The notes beneath the pieces are model-generated. The model searched no databases. It saw only the letters and a list, made by a program, of their open reading frames with translations, and was not told the DNA's origin. From Tubiluchus corallicola (Eukaryota; Animalia; Priapulida), in assembly GCA_030141605.1 (NCBI GenBank), contig JAQGDQ010000679.1, positions 1 to 64,000 on the forward strand: a DNA stretch of 64,000 nt, read 5' to 3'. Shown here piece after piece: positions 48,717 to 62,284 of the stretch. Within the stretch, counting starts at the first letter, position 1, and each line of letters starts with the position of its first letter. The translations under genes and the position numbers were made by a program.

Positions 48717-49770
48717 TTGGTCGCTGTTGCTCTCAAAACTGCCCAGACATGGCCAGGACAACAGCAATATAGGAGGAGTTAACAAAATTTACAAAAGGAA
48801 AATTATAAGCATCACCGAATTCTAATTGTAATTGTACACATCATTGTAATGTGTACAATTATATCACAAAATCGTTTAAAATATTTTAGACGGTTTAATT
48901 AAATTTATTTCGAACATTAAAGCGTACAAGCGAAAACACTAAAAAATAAAAATTTGGATTTCTTAAACACAAGTAGTAAGTCAATATAATTCTAATACTA
49001 GAATACGTTATGGACTTAGACGACTGAACTTTTCTTACTACAAATAAATGGATTTGTTAAATAAACAACAACGGACAAAATTAGTGGTTTTTGTAAGAAA
49101 AAACAATCTTTCCTAAAAACAACAGGTAGAAAGGGTCTCCGAAATTAAGACAAAAAGTTTAGCCTAGTCCTTTGTGCATAACTCAAGCACTTTGCATGCT
49201 TCTTTGAATTGTTTTCCAATAACACTCCTAGGATTGTTGTCGCTGTTTCGTCCCATCCAACATCCGTGCAGTAGAAAGTCACCTCTGCGAGAGTTGCATG
49301 GTCCCTGGAGTAGAACTACGGGCCTGTCCTTGGAGACCAAACAACTTCTGCTAGATTCATTAAGTTTCCCAAGCGGTGAACACTTTTGAACAAACTGTTT
49401 CGGAGACAAAATGGTTCAAGACACGCTCCTTAATTATAAAACAATGCTCAGAGTCAATAACAGTAAAAGGTCGAACAGCTGCTTCTGCTATTGTTGAAAG
49501 TCCACAGTTAGATAAGAATGAAAGCTTCTCATATAAAAAACGTTATTTAAAAGAGAAAGCATTGTCGTTATAAGTTTGGAGGTCGTTTGTCTAGAGCCAG
49601 TTGTCCCTTTGGGAGTAATCCAGGTAACAGACTGGTTCTATTTTCAAGAATGAATTGTTACTGAGTTAAGTAAATTACATTTGAAGTCAGTTTTATTACA
49701 ATAATTTTGATTATACTTCTTACTGTAATTGTTGAAGTTGCTTGGAAGTTTGTTTATAGAAAGTACATAA

Positions 49771-50155
49771 TGGACAAGAAAAGGGGCACCTGAAGTAGGT
49801 TTCAGAAAAATTACCTTGAAAAATTATACTACTTTACAGCAATTTTATTCACATATGGCATTTGCGTTGAAAGGAATTTTTGTCTGTTTCCTTTTTAAAT
49901 GAGTACACAAAACTGTTCCGACAACACCATTACATAAAGTCACTACACCATGTAAATCAGGGGAAGAAAAGGAAATGTTAAATTATGACCCAAAAAAATT
50001 TTCCGTGCAAACCTATATTACTTAGCTTTTCGCTTACCTGCTGGAAAGACTTATGTAACTAGACTAGTAATTTAAAATGTTTGTGCCAATTGGTAAAATG
50101 TGGCAGACTCACCATCCAGGGTGCGCCACTAACTAGCCAAAAACGTATTTTGTCT
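49771..50155 (+). mobile_element. Kolobok-type family C, truncated copy
   Basis: GGACAAGAAAAGGGGCACCTGAAGTAGGTTTCA... colinear with 19300-19690. Confidence 0.7.
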
Positions 50156-50164
50156 ATGTCTATG

Positions 50165-50415
50165 ATCAGATCATCCCATTCCATGGTTTTGTCACTCAGG
50201 GTAAGCTTTTTAAATAGATCTTTTTATGCTTCCATTGAATCACTCACACAAGCCTTGAGATTGAGGATTATATGGAGTAGATGTAATCCCTTTGATGTGG
50301 AAAGCTTCTTCTAGTTGCCTTATGAGACTGGAACAAAATTGGGTGCCTTGGTCTGACTGGATTGACTCTGGTCATCCACGTCTACTAATAAATTAGAGTA
50401 AGCACTTGGCTATAA
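50165..50415 (-). mobile_element. Pseudogenised retroviral-like (Gypsy-type) integrase core
   Basis: Manual translation IAKCLL*FISRRG*PESIQSDQGTQFCSSLIRQLEEAFHIKGITSTPYNPQSQGLCE*FNGSIK contains the rve SDxGxxF and PYNPQSQGxxER motifs, with stops. Confidence 0.85.
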
Positions 50416-51107
50416 TGAGCCTAGGAGGCTTAATGCCCCATTAATTTCTCTTGCCCCATATTTGGCAGTTGCATCGCACAATACTGCTGCTGCTGACCTT
50501 CCAAAATGAGATCCATTAATTGGTTATTGTCGCCAAAATTATTTGTGGGAGGCGAGCGCGAGAGGGTGTTTCCGCAAAGTGTATTGTGTGAAGCTTGTTG
50601 AGGTAACGAAGCCTGTTGAACGCTGCTTCTGTCATGTATGCGAGTGGCAAATTCAGGTGCATCAGAACTGAGTTTAGTTTAGTTCGCGTAGGAATGTGCT
50701 GCTGAACATTAGCTTTATTTATTAGTCCTAATTCATGAGGCCAGTTTGGTTCCACCTCATGTATGTAAAGTGACCACCAAATATTTAACATTTCCGATTC
50801 AAAGTCTGTTTCACCTGTAGATGGCGCCACGTGATAAATGTTGCGTATACTGTCCCAGGGCATACTAGGACCCATGAAATGAGCAACCATCAAATCAAAT
50901 CAAATCATCACCACTTCTATTCTAGTTATGTTTCATACAGGATGGATGCAGAAACAGCTAAGTAGGCAACGCTTAAAATGAAAGAATGATTTCACACTGA
51001 AACGGAAAAGTGCAAATAAGTAAAGCAATGAAAAGTATTTTTTAGCGTCGAAAAATATCAGCAAGTGATTAACCACGCATATTATTTTATCATCAGGGCG
51101 AAAGTAA

Positions 51108-51324
51108 CTTCCTCGTTGTTGCCTAAGGCACATGAAAGTTACGATTGTTTCAATGGAAAGGTATCCTCGTTCTTGTTGCCTAAGGCACATGAAAGTTACG
51201 ATTGTTTCAATGGAAAGGTATCCTCGTTCTTGTTGCCTAAGGCACATGAAAGTTACGATTGTTTCAATGGAAAGGTATCCTCGTTCTTGTTGCCTAAGGC
51301 ACATGAAAGTTACGATTGTTTCAA
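51108..51324. repeat. 57-bp tandem repeat, about 4 copies
   Basis: TCCTCGTTCTTGTTGCCTAAGGCACATGAAAGTTACGATTGTTTCAATGGAAAGGTA; period 57. Confidence 0.95.
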
Positions 51325-51849
51325 CAGAAAACCACGAGGCTAGAAAGTGAACTGATTGATATGCTTTGTATTACACATGCATAGATTATGCAACCTCATA
51401 ATAAGTCTAAATTTCGACTACCATATTATTTGCTTGTTGCAACCCAGTTATACTTTTATTTTCTACAAGTTTTTAGGTAGTAATAAAGCAATTAACTCAC
51501 CTATTTGCTTGTTTAATTTAATACTATGGCTTAGCCGTTTTACGCATTCAGTACAATGGTTAGGTACTGTACAATATGTTTAGGACAAGTTTGATTCAAC
51601 GTGAATTGTGTTCATTTTGCACGTTGTCAAAGCCATTTTTCACGTTGTGTATAAATCGTAGCTATTTTACAAAATGTCTAGGTAAAGTGTAAAAATGCTC
51701 CAGCGAAAACGTTTGGATAAATGCATGTAATATACTAAGACAGTCTCTAAATGAATCAAAGTTTTGAATAAATTACACATTTGTCTGTTACCGTTACCGT
51801 TAGCGCCGAAGAACAGAGGTAAAGCTGTAAATTATAAACCTAGCCGCTA

Positions 51850-52303
51850 ATGTACCTACTGTAATGTACTGTACTGCACTGTGCTGTACTGTACTGTACT
51901 GTACTGTACTGTACTGTACTGTACTGTACTGTACTGTACTGTACTGTACTGTACTGTACTGTACTGTACTGTACTGTGCTGTACTGTACTGTACTGTACT
52001 GTACTGTACTATACTGTACTGTCCTGTCCTGTACTGTACTGTACTACGCTACGCTACACTACACTACAATACACTACACTACACTACACTACAATACAAT
52101 ACACTACACTACACTATACTATACTGAACTAAACTATATTATACTATGCTATGCCATACCATACCATACCATACCATACCATACCATACCATGCCATGCC
52201 ATGCCATGCCATACCATACCATACCATACTATACCATACTTTACTATACTACACTACACTATACTATACTATCGTAATATATATAGTTTAAAAAACTTAG
52301 CTC
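51850..52303. repeat. Compound pentanucleotide microsatellite, block 1
   Basis: (CTGTA)n-(CTACA)n-(CTATA)n-(CCATA/CCATG)n. Confidence 0.95.
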
Positions 52304-52839
52304 ATGTATTGGAGGCTGCTCTCTTCTTGATTTTGTAAGAATGCCCTCTAGTCCCACGATATGTCTGAGATGGAAACATTTTGTTAGCATCAATGTGATC
52401 AAAACCAGTGGTAACTCGCGTATAGGTACACTGTGGAACTGCAGCACAGTATTGCTGAAATTAGACATTTTATAAACCTAGCCGCTAAGCATGCCCACAC
52501 ATTGTTTAAAAAGATTAACAGCTTGTCAATTATCTTGTTGCATACTGTCTCTATTTAAAATAAGCATTCAAATTCAACTTTAACTACACTTGGGATCCTG
52601 TAATTGCAATAGATTCTGCGAATGATCATTAATGTCGTCTCTTATGTATAATATTGGATGGTTCACTCTGAATTCCAAATACTCACTTTACTAATGAAGA
52701 AGTGATATCCATGTTACTAACCCTTTTAACTAACTGAATTTGTATATTACTTACTTTTTGGTATTGTTACGTATTATGTTTTTATTATTCTAATAATGCA
52801 TGTAAACTGGTATTTATATGCGAACAAACGTAGTAAATG

Positions 52840-53329
52840 TATACTACACAATAATATACTATGCTATGCTATGATACGCTGTGTGTACCCACCTGCACTG
52901 TGTTGTACTGTACTGTACTGTACTGCACTGCACTGCACTGCACTGCACTGCACTGCACTGCACTGCACTGCACTGTACTGTACTGTAGTGTAGTGTGCTG
53001 TGCTGTGCTGCGCTGCGCTACACACTACACTACACTACACTACACTACACTACACTACACTACACTACACTACACTACACTACACTACACTACACTACAC
53101 TACACTACACTACACTACACTGCACTGCACTATACTATACTGAACTAAACTATAATATACTATGCTACGCCATGTCATGCCATACCATACCATACCATAC
53201 CATACCATACCATACCATACCATACCATACCATACCATACCATACCATACCATACCATACTATACCATACTTTACTATACTACACTATACTATACTATCG
53301 TAATATATATAGTTTAAAAAACTTAGCTC
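52840..53329. repeat. Compound pentanucleotide microsatellite, block 2
   Basis: Same order of units and same unique 3' flank TACTATCGTAATATATATAGTTTAAAAAACTTAGCTC. Confidence 0.95.
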
Positions 53330-53525
53330 CTGTAAACGAATCTTGTGTTTCTGAATGCATACAACATCATTCTGGTTGCATAATGAGCGCAGTATATACA
53401 AACTACGAGGGTTCTTATTGAACAACACTTAGAGGATGCAACTCTTAGTAAATTACTTTGAGATGATATTGTATCCTGAGTAATATTTTCCATGACAACT
53501 TTAGATAGAAAGTTAATGCTTGCAT

Positions 53526-53675
53526 GATTGTTTTACAAAATGACTTACGAAACGGTCATATGAGTGTGCCAATAGGCCATTGCATTACCATTAAGCAACT
53601 AATTGCGGGATTGTTTACAAGATGACTTACGAAACGGTCATATGAGTGTGCCACTAGGCCAAGCATTACCATTAA
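53526..53675. repeat. ~83-bp tandem duplication
   Basis: ATGACTTACGAAACGGTCATATGAGTGTGCCA..TAGGCCA..GCATTACCATTAA occurs twice. Confidence 0.85.
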
Positions 53676-53960
53676 CTAAATTGTCTTTTTGTTTCTCTTG
53701 AAGACGCTACTACAAAGAAAACTTGAGTATTCACTTATTACAACGAGTTTGCCTTTCAACACTCTGCCTAGGGCAAAGCGATGTCATAACTTGACGGCAC
53801 CTAATGCTAAACATCTTGCTCATTTACTTTGGGAACTAATCTGCATATGAAAATTCAGTAGGCCGGTTTTATCATTGCTAGGGAACCGATGTCTGATATG
53901 CTCGGTCCAACATTCATGTTGCTGCTTGATTCGGCTTCATTTCTTTTCAACGAGAATAAT

Positions 53961-54086
53961 TCATCTAAAGCATTATATTCATCTAAAGTATTATATTCAT
54001 CTAAAGTATTATATTCATCTAAGGCATTATATTCATCTAAAGCATTATATTCATCTAAAGCATTATATTCATCTAAAGCATTATAC
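53961..54086. repeat. 18-bp tandem repeat, 7 copies
   Basis: TCATCTAAAGCATTATAT units. Confidence 0.95.
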
Positions 54087-54369
54087 GCCGGTTTTACTCT
54101 AGTTGAACTGTTGTCAGCAAAACCGATGGCGTTTAACAATGAATATGAGATATTGTTAAAAATGCTTGGTCATAATTACTTTTTTAATTTTGCGATTGCT
54201 CGTGATTAACCCTTTAACCGTGCGCATAGACGGAAATTGTATATATATATACATATACATATATATATATATATATATGTATCACCATCATCACCACCAT
54301 ATATATATATGTATGTATAAAATCATCACTATGTATAGATGATGGTTCACAATACAATATACATATTGT

Positions 54370-54806
54370 TCATGGTGATAAATCTTTGTTTGCACAATAC
54401 ATACATACATGCAATTCCTCTATTTGCAGGCCGATAATTCTGCACTGTATCATTATATAAGAGCGTACATACAACGCGGAACACGGCCAATTATAATTAT
54501 GTCCTTAATACACGTACCGCAAACTTGCTTATAAAACATTTTAGCAATTATTTATAATGATTAAGATCCATAATAACAGAATTCATTCACTGGGATTACT
54601 TAGACTACACTAGGAAGGTATTAAAAAGGACAAATTTTTCTACGTGCAAGATTTACTTAAAATATATTATAAGAACAAGGAGTTTTACTAAAATTTACCA
54701 GTTATACCTATACGTATATAAATAAACATATATAAGTGTGCGTGAGCTAAAATTTTTACTGTATTATGCATTTAACCCTTTTACATCTCTTTACAAACTA
54801 ATAAGA
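54370..54806. repeat. Second copy of the 3780-4390 segment
   Basis: See 3780-4390. Confidence 0.85.
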
Positions 54807-56211
54807 TATATATATAGAAAAACATTCTCTAACACCCAAGGGCGTATCAAGACTACGACGCTCTAGGCTGATAGTGCTACCTGCCCATTTCTATTGACAA
54901 TTTATAGTTGTTTATGTAATAAATAGATTAATTAATTACTTGTGGTGTGTTAGTTAACCTATTTTCTACATGGTGATTGTTAATTAGGTAGTGCTTGCTT
55001 GCTGTGTAATACCTTGCATCTGTTCGTTATGTGGCACTTCTATAAAAGCCGTTCTGAGTAACTGCTTGTGGTGTGTTAGAAAATGTGCTCTTTACATGAA
55101 TATAGAAGTATATACATTTTTTCGAGGAGAATCAGAATTTTTTCTAAAATGTGATTCCCTCAAACTTTGGCGCCCTAGGCTATAGCCTAGCTAGCCTATT
55201 GTTTAATACGCCTCTGCTGACAGCACTGTTGTAGGTACTGCATTTTGCGTCATTACCCTTCTCAGACAGTAGTATATGGATTAGAAGCCACACAGTAGTA
55301 CAAGATTTACTACTCTCACACTCTTATATTGCACAGGTAGAACTTGTATACACAGGTATATGTTATGTTTAAAATTTAACCCGTGATTAGACTCCAACTG
55401 GGTCCCTTTTGCCGACACAGTCTGGCATTTCTGGACGCAATATTCGACCAACAATGTATTTATGCATTATAGCTTTCTAGTCTAGTGTAGTACTTTGTAA
55501 AATGTATTTTTCTAGTACGTATTTCAGTAGTTTTGCTGAAATTATACTTGTAGCTAACCAGTACAATTAAATTTGTATTTTTGCAGAACTTAGCTATGGA
55601 AACGTAACACTGGTTTGAACGTGTCCATTGCATCCACTTTTTGTCACTTCTGTCACAACTAGTTTCATATATTTGTTATAATCATCAGGTAGCTGAAAAA
55701 GAAGGATTCAACATACAGCATGTAAACAACTAGTCTTACATTTAGCTAATAAAATTCTTATGATAATCATTAATAAACGAAGTGTGGTTGTACCTTAATG
55801 AGTATCCAATCAAGCTTATTTATGCATAATTTCTATGATTCAATGTATACAATGTTAACACATAGCTTTCATTTAGTAGCAGGCCAGTTGCTCACTGTGC
55901 TGACCACTAGTCAGATACAGTAAGTATGCAATTTGTCAATTCGGTGCTGCCGTCTATCACAGAAAAAACTATTTTCCAGCTATTTAATTTTATGAAGTTT
56001 AATTTCGGTTTCATAATATTTATAAATTCCTCCACTATTATTTTCTGTAGTAATTTGCATTTCCTTTAGAAATTTGGAAAAGGCGTATTACATTAAAATC
56101 CTGTTTGCCACAATGTATCTAGACAGCCCGAGTTTTCTTACTATGGAGTCCTTATATGTTGTCTATGTACTCTTTGAACTCTTTGAACTCTGGTTAGAGC
56201 CAATGTTTAAA

Positions 56212-56333
56212 GTGTGCGCGTGTGTGTGTGCGTGCGTGCGTGTGCGTGCGAGCGAGCGAGCGAGCGTGTGCGTGCGTGCGTGCGTGCGTGTGTGTGTGTG
56301 TGTGCGTGTGTGTGTGTGCGTGCGTGCGTGTGT

Positions 56334-56378
<45 letters not shown>

Positions 56379-56575
56379 CGTGTGCGTGCGTGCGTGCGAG
56401 CGTGCGTGTGCGTGCGTGCGTGCGTGCGTGTGTGTGTGTGTGTGTGCGTGCGTGCGTGCGAGCGTGCGTGTGCGTGCGTGCGTGTGCGTGTGCGTGTGCG
56501 TGTGTGTGCGCGTGCGTGCGTGTGCGTGCGTGCGTGTGTGTGTGCGTGTGCGTGTGCGTGTGTGTGTGTGTGTGT
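56212..56575. repeat. (GT)n/(GCGT)n microsatellite
   Basis: Seen directly. Confidence 0.97.
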
Positions 56576-59500
56576 ACATGCGTGAGTGCACGCCTGCTTA
56601 TACATAGCACATAGAAAAAATTAGGACAGTAACAAACTAATAAATAAATAAATGAATGTAAATATGATGCAAACACAAAGGTAATGTTTACTGAGCAATC
56701 AAACACAAAGAAATTGGTACAAAACCATTAGTGTTTCCTTTCGCGTTTAATAACTCATTACAACTTCATTGGGTTAAAGCCTAAAACTGTCATTCTTTGT
56801 AGGTGACTAACCTAAAATGCAGGTTAATTGTACTTTTTTCAGTTCCATACCTATAAAAGACTCGACTGCATCAGTTAAGTCAAAAGACGAAAAATTTTCT
56901 TTTAAAGTGATTATTGTTACTCCAATTGTTAGAGATTATTGTGATACTGTGACGATTTTGTATAAACTTGAGAATGGCTGGTGCATATCATCTGACATGT
57001 TTTCTTCTAGTAAGTATTACCTTTTACACATTGTTCGAAATTATCATTGTTAAAACAATGAATGCACTTATTTGCATCATAGACAATGTAATGTAGAGTG
57101 CCTGCAAGATTCGATTATTCTATCAAAGAAACGCGAGATAATGGACCTGATGATAATGCAGAGCTGCCAAAGTTCTTTTTCGAAGTCATTTCTGTGTTTA
57201 TGTAGAGAATTTCCTTTTTGACGATGTAGCAAATTCACAATTAATTAAATTTTGTTACTAAGCTTGAAAGATGAGAAATGTGAACAAGCCTAGCAATGGC
57301 TCTTAGCAACTTTGTTTTCAGCTTGTGACAGCAAGATTATTCCTCAAAAATTTTATTTAATCTCAATGTAATATTTTATTGTGTTGTAATGTATAGTGTT
57401 GTGTTGTTATATATTTGTGCACTATCTGTAAATTTTAACTGAGTGTTAATAAATAAAATTAAATTAAATTAAATGGACTAACCACCTGCACTGAGATTAT
57501 GAATATAATTTATATAAGATGTGGCATCATCTATCAATTTGCTTTGGGCATGGAACTATTGGTACTATTCTTCTGCTTTTTTCATCCCTGTGCTGAGATG
57601 CAGTATTAAATGTTTCAACATGTTTTTGAGCTATTCTTTGGCTATTGAAGCCATTATCAAAATATAAATCAAGCCAAAACGAAGAACAAATAATACATTA
57701 ATGATACAAAGGCAAAAACTGAAACCTGAAAACAACAGACTAGAATTCAACTTGTCAAAGTAAATTAAGTTGTAACGGAAGAAATTGCAGAAAAATGTAA
57801 AAAAAATTTACCTAACACACGAGAATTCTTTTTTTTTGGTTCTCAGGTGTTTGGTAAAAATTTTGTTTGGCTTCAATTCGCCACTCAATAAGTAAACATT
57901 TTGTTTGGCCTCAATTCGTCACTCAGTAAGTAAAAATTTTGTATGGCTTCATTAGCCCAAATGAGCGTCACTCAATAAACAGATTCCTAGAAGCTAGCTC
58001 TGTATTAAATGTTTGCTCATTACCCTGACGTGTGTTTTTGCAATGTGCTTCAATTACTTAATTTGTTAGTGTAATTGCTTTGCAGATAATCACTGTTTGT
58101 CTAACTATCAGCGCTGGAAAGCCACAGCAGATAGTTAATCTCAGAAACGATGTTGAGGAGGCGCTTGATCAACTTGACGCGAACGGTAAGATTCGCTTTC
58201 AATTTCTCATAATTGTATAACAGTAGCAAAAACGATGTAAACCGCTTTCAAAAAGCTGTTGACTGCATAGTCATAACTGTAGGTATATTTTTCTTGGAAT
58301 TTAAACATCTTGTCACCTGCAGTCTGACGTAGGCTCATACTTAGCCAGACATTGATCATCACACAACCCGGAACATTACATTGCCCCCAGCACAACAAAA
58401 GTAACCTGTATGAACCAGAACGATTTTTTTTACTTTCAATCTTTTATTACTTAGTGTCACAGGGCCAACGAAAGCAGGAAATTTACACTGCTGGCAATTT
58501 CACTACCTGTGAACGTGTTGAGTCCTATAATTTCACGGCATCACGTAGCCTGCTTGGTGATCAAAGTGCTACCATCAGCAAAACCAGCATTAATTTGTAT
58601 AATCTATAATACATTAGAACGGCGGGTAATGACAATGCCTGGAACAGCCGTGAAATTTCTCAAATTCAGACAATAGCTGTTCCTAATAGCGTGCAGCACT
58701 CTTGGGTTGAAAAAAGAACTCAATAAAGAAGGATCTGTTTTTAACGAGAGACGTGATAAGTATAAGTGGACTTGCATGCTGCAGTGATTGCCCAAGCTGC
58801 CATATTTTTGAAGGTAAATGATCGCAAGGCGCCCTGCTAACGCAGAAAGAGATTCGCATGCATGTAAATTTTAATAACTGTAAGAATGTTGAACATAATT
58901 AACTAAAATTGAGTCTGGCGGAAATGTAAAAGTAGTCCCTTTTTTTAAAAGCATCTAATGTGCCGCTATTTGTGAAATCATTTGATAACTTTCTTTGAGA
59001 AAGAGCAAATTCAACCGATATGACTGCACGGCAAAAAATGATAGCTCCAAGTTATACTGCTCAACGTCATAATACATTGAAAATTATAATTATAATCTTA
59101 CTGTGCAGAACAGACTTCAGTTAATGACTCTGCTACAGTATACAGCATTTTTCTGAAAATGGCAGTTCAGTGACTTGGAAACGTGCTTGTGCACGTTATG
59201 GTGTTTACTTTTTGTCATCTGTGATTGTTCCTTTACTTTTTTGCAAATTTTATTTGTTTATGCTGGTGTCACAATATTCAGTTGAAAAGACTTGTATGGC
59301 CAAAAGCTTTAATAAAACCAAAGTATGTAGAAATCTGAAAGAAAGGGTTTTGTAAGTGCATTTCGTAAGCTAATCTAACTTAACGAAACTTGGAATGTAC
59401 TATTAACTTTCACGTACAACAAAATTTTTGTCAGCGCAAGTTAATCCACAAAATTTGGTAGGTATAGAAATGAGACATACGTCACAAGCTTTTTCATCAG

Positions 59501-61681
59501 CAACACAGTGTAAGATCACGCATCTTTACTAGGTTTGATTACTACTTTAATAGTTCAATGTCCATTTTCACTGTATTTTCTTCACTCATTTTCTAACTGC
59601 TATTATTTTTGTACTATCTTATTTTAAATTAATTAATAGGCTAAGTATAATCAACGACCCAAAGATGTGCCTCAAAACACGATTGGACAAATTTACGCAA
59701 GATTTTTTTCAACAATTCTTTAGTTAACTTAAGTACTAAATTTCGATTTTTGTCAAGCAGCAGCTGCTAAGCCGAAATTTCTAACTATAAACATGTTTTG
59801 TACTTGTAATACTAATAGTAATAGCTAATAGTGTACACCATTCTCTAAGTGCAATATAACATTGTCTAAGTCTAAGTCGAATTACCAACATGGCTGCCTA
59901 TTTCTTTTACTAACTTGTGAACAAGTAATTTTTAATACCATAACTTGTATTTGCATAATGAACACAATATTATCGTCACTTCACTATGACTAGGCTGCTG
60001 TAAAATTTCATTTAGGTTTAGCTTGCATATGAAACATTATGCTCGCATTCTTTCCACGACGGTAGGTACCCTTTCCCTCGCAACAAATTGTCGGTATCCT
60101 CACTCGTTTACAACATCAAATTTGACAAAGTTTTTACTGGAATGCATTTGTTAATATATTCTTAGCAAACGCGCGGTTAACTCTTTTTATTTACCAAAAA
60201 TTATCGGACGCGGAATCATCGTCATCAAATCACACATGAATTACAATCGTGGAAGTCTAGAATCACACAGAAATTAGATTTGTTTTAAACTTAACAACTG
60301 TTAAAATTATAAAAAAGCAAGATTCTGAAAAGGGACACTTTGCTTCAGTTGTGTTATGTATTTACCTACCCATATTTTCAACACTGTAACATTGTGTGGG
60401 GTTTGACATATGCTTCTACTTTGGACAGGTTAATCAAATTACAAAAAAGTTAATTAGAATTGTTGCCCATTCAGATTACAACACTCATAGAAATGCTTTA
60501 TTATTATTACTATATTATTTTCACTATAGCATTTTTATAATGCTTAATAACATTATTTTATTATACATTTTTTATATTCATTATTGGAGCGTTTTATTTC
60601 TTTTAGTAAATTTGGTTATATAAGTCTGGTGTTTTCGTCTCCAACCATACTTAAATATTTTATTTGTATGATGAAAATAATGTATTTTGTTTATCAGAAG
60701 TGTACTTTTGTATAAAATTTTCATTATTTACTAACACTCTCATTTTCCTTTTTAAAATTTAACAAACTTAAAACTTATGACTTTATTTAAATGATTTTCA
60801 TCAGTTTTCTCTATAAAGACATATTATTACCTGTGTAAAGGACCATATTTTTATGCTCTTTAACAGCTTAAATTTGTAATGTTGATTACACACGAATTCA
60901 AAGAGTTCACGGTAACATTGCAATGTATTACTACTATTTTTATTGTTAGTGGAGTTTGAGCCTTGCCTTAAAGGAGAAGGGTTAGGATATTACAGAGTTC
61001 ACCTGGTCTATAGTACGTATGGTGAAGCCATGTTTATAAGTATGGTGAAGCCATGTTTATAAGTATTTAATATGGAAATGAATTCTTAAAATAAAAAAGA
61101 CTGCCAGTACCCACTTGAGGAAAGACATGACTTTTATTTAGACACAATATCCTTTGTAACGTTTCCAGCTACAACATGACCAGTTGTAGGTCAAAACGTC
61201 AAATTGGTGCTGGCCGTAATTACATTAATTAGTAATTAATAAGTTGTCAACGTAATTTAAATTTCTGCTGTTCAAAAAATTTTATCTAACCTCTTTCATT
61301 TTTCCTTATATTACTGAAACAGAAATTGGGAATATGACACAACAGTTTCACTGTTGTTCTATGAAAGCTGTATGTGTGTGTGTGTGGGGGGGGGGGGAGG
61401 CGGCTGCGTGCGTGCATGTGCAGGTGTGTGTGCGGGTGCGTGCGCGCGTGCATGCGTGTGTGTTTGTGTGCATACGTGCATGCGTACATGCAAGTGAGGA
61501 TTCGAGTGAATGACAAAAGAAAGTGTGGAGAAAGAGACAGGGGGATGGAAGAAATACAGTGAGGAAAGACAGAAAGAGAAGACTGAAAGAAGGTGGGGAC
61601 GAAGAAAGAGAGAGAGAGAAAGTGAGAAGAATATTTCCAGATTGAATGAAGTGAGTCTGCAAATGTACCCAGCAGTGATGT

Positions 61682-61944
61682 AAAGACAAGGTAGGTCATC
61701 AAAGGTCACCCGGCAAAGACAAGGTAGGTCATCAAAGGTCACCCGGCAAAGACAAGGTAGGTCATCAAAGGTCACCCGGCAAAGACAAGGTAGGTCATCA
61801 AAGGTCACCCGGCAAAGACAAGGTAGGTCATCAAAGGTCACCCGGCAAAGACAAGGTAGGTCATCAAAGGTCACCCGGCAAAGACAAGGTAGGTCATCAA
61901 AGGTCACCCGGCAAAGACAAGGTAGGTCATCAAAGGTCACCCGG
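61682..61944. repeat. 33-bp perfect tandem repeat, 8 copies
   Basis: Unit AAAGACAAGGTAGGTCATCAAAGGTCACCCGGC at 61682, 61715 ... 61913, with no internal mismatches seen. Confidence 0.97.
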
Positions 61945-62249
61945 TTGTCATTTTAAAAGCTCAACTTGTAAAGCAGCTAGAAAGACAAAATTTGACAGAT
62001 ACTTTGTCATAGTAGAAGTTTCCATAACAATGGTAAATAGTGTTCCAAGCAACAGCTAGGCTTTTGGTCGGAAAAAACTAAATAACCGAGTAACCCCATG
62101 CTTCGCATTCCGAGCTAGTTTTTCATATATTTGAGAAGGCTTACAGATTTTGCTTGATAACATTTGAATGACCGATAACAGATGAAAGTTAGTGAGAGAC
62201 AATGGTGATGATATTTTTCACTCACCTAGTAACATTTGTATTATTTAAT

Positions 62250-62284
<35 letters not shown>

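Noticed and set aside
47589-48825. 398/402-aa ORFs as protein-coding genes
   Set aside because: Derived from a 36-bp repeat; non-ATG starts, no splice evidence, open on both strands.
51864-53303. Cys/Tyr/His-rich ORFs
   Set aside because: Pentanucleotide microsatellite translations.
56074-56706. Cys/Val and His/Thr-rich ORFs
   Set aside because: (GT)n/(GCGT)n microsatellite translations.
61359-61940. 193-aa ORF with TFDDLPCLCRV repeats
   Set aside because: Translation of the 33-bp array plus low-complexity sequence; no start context or splice support.
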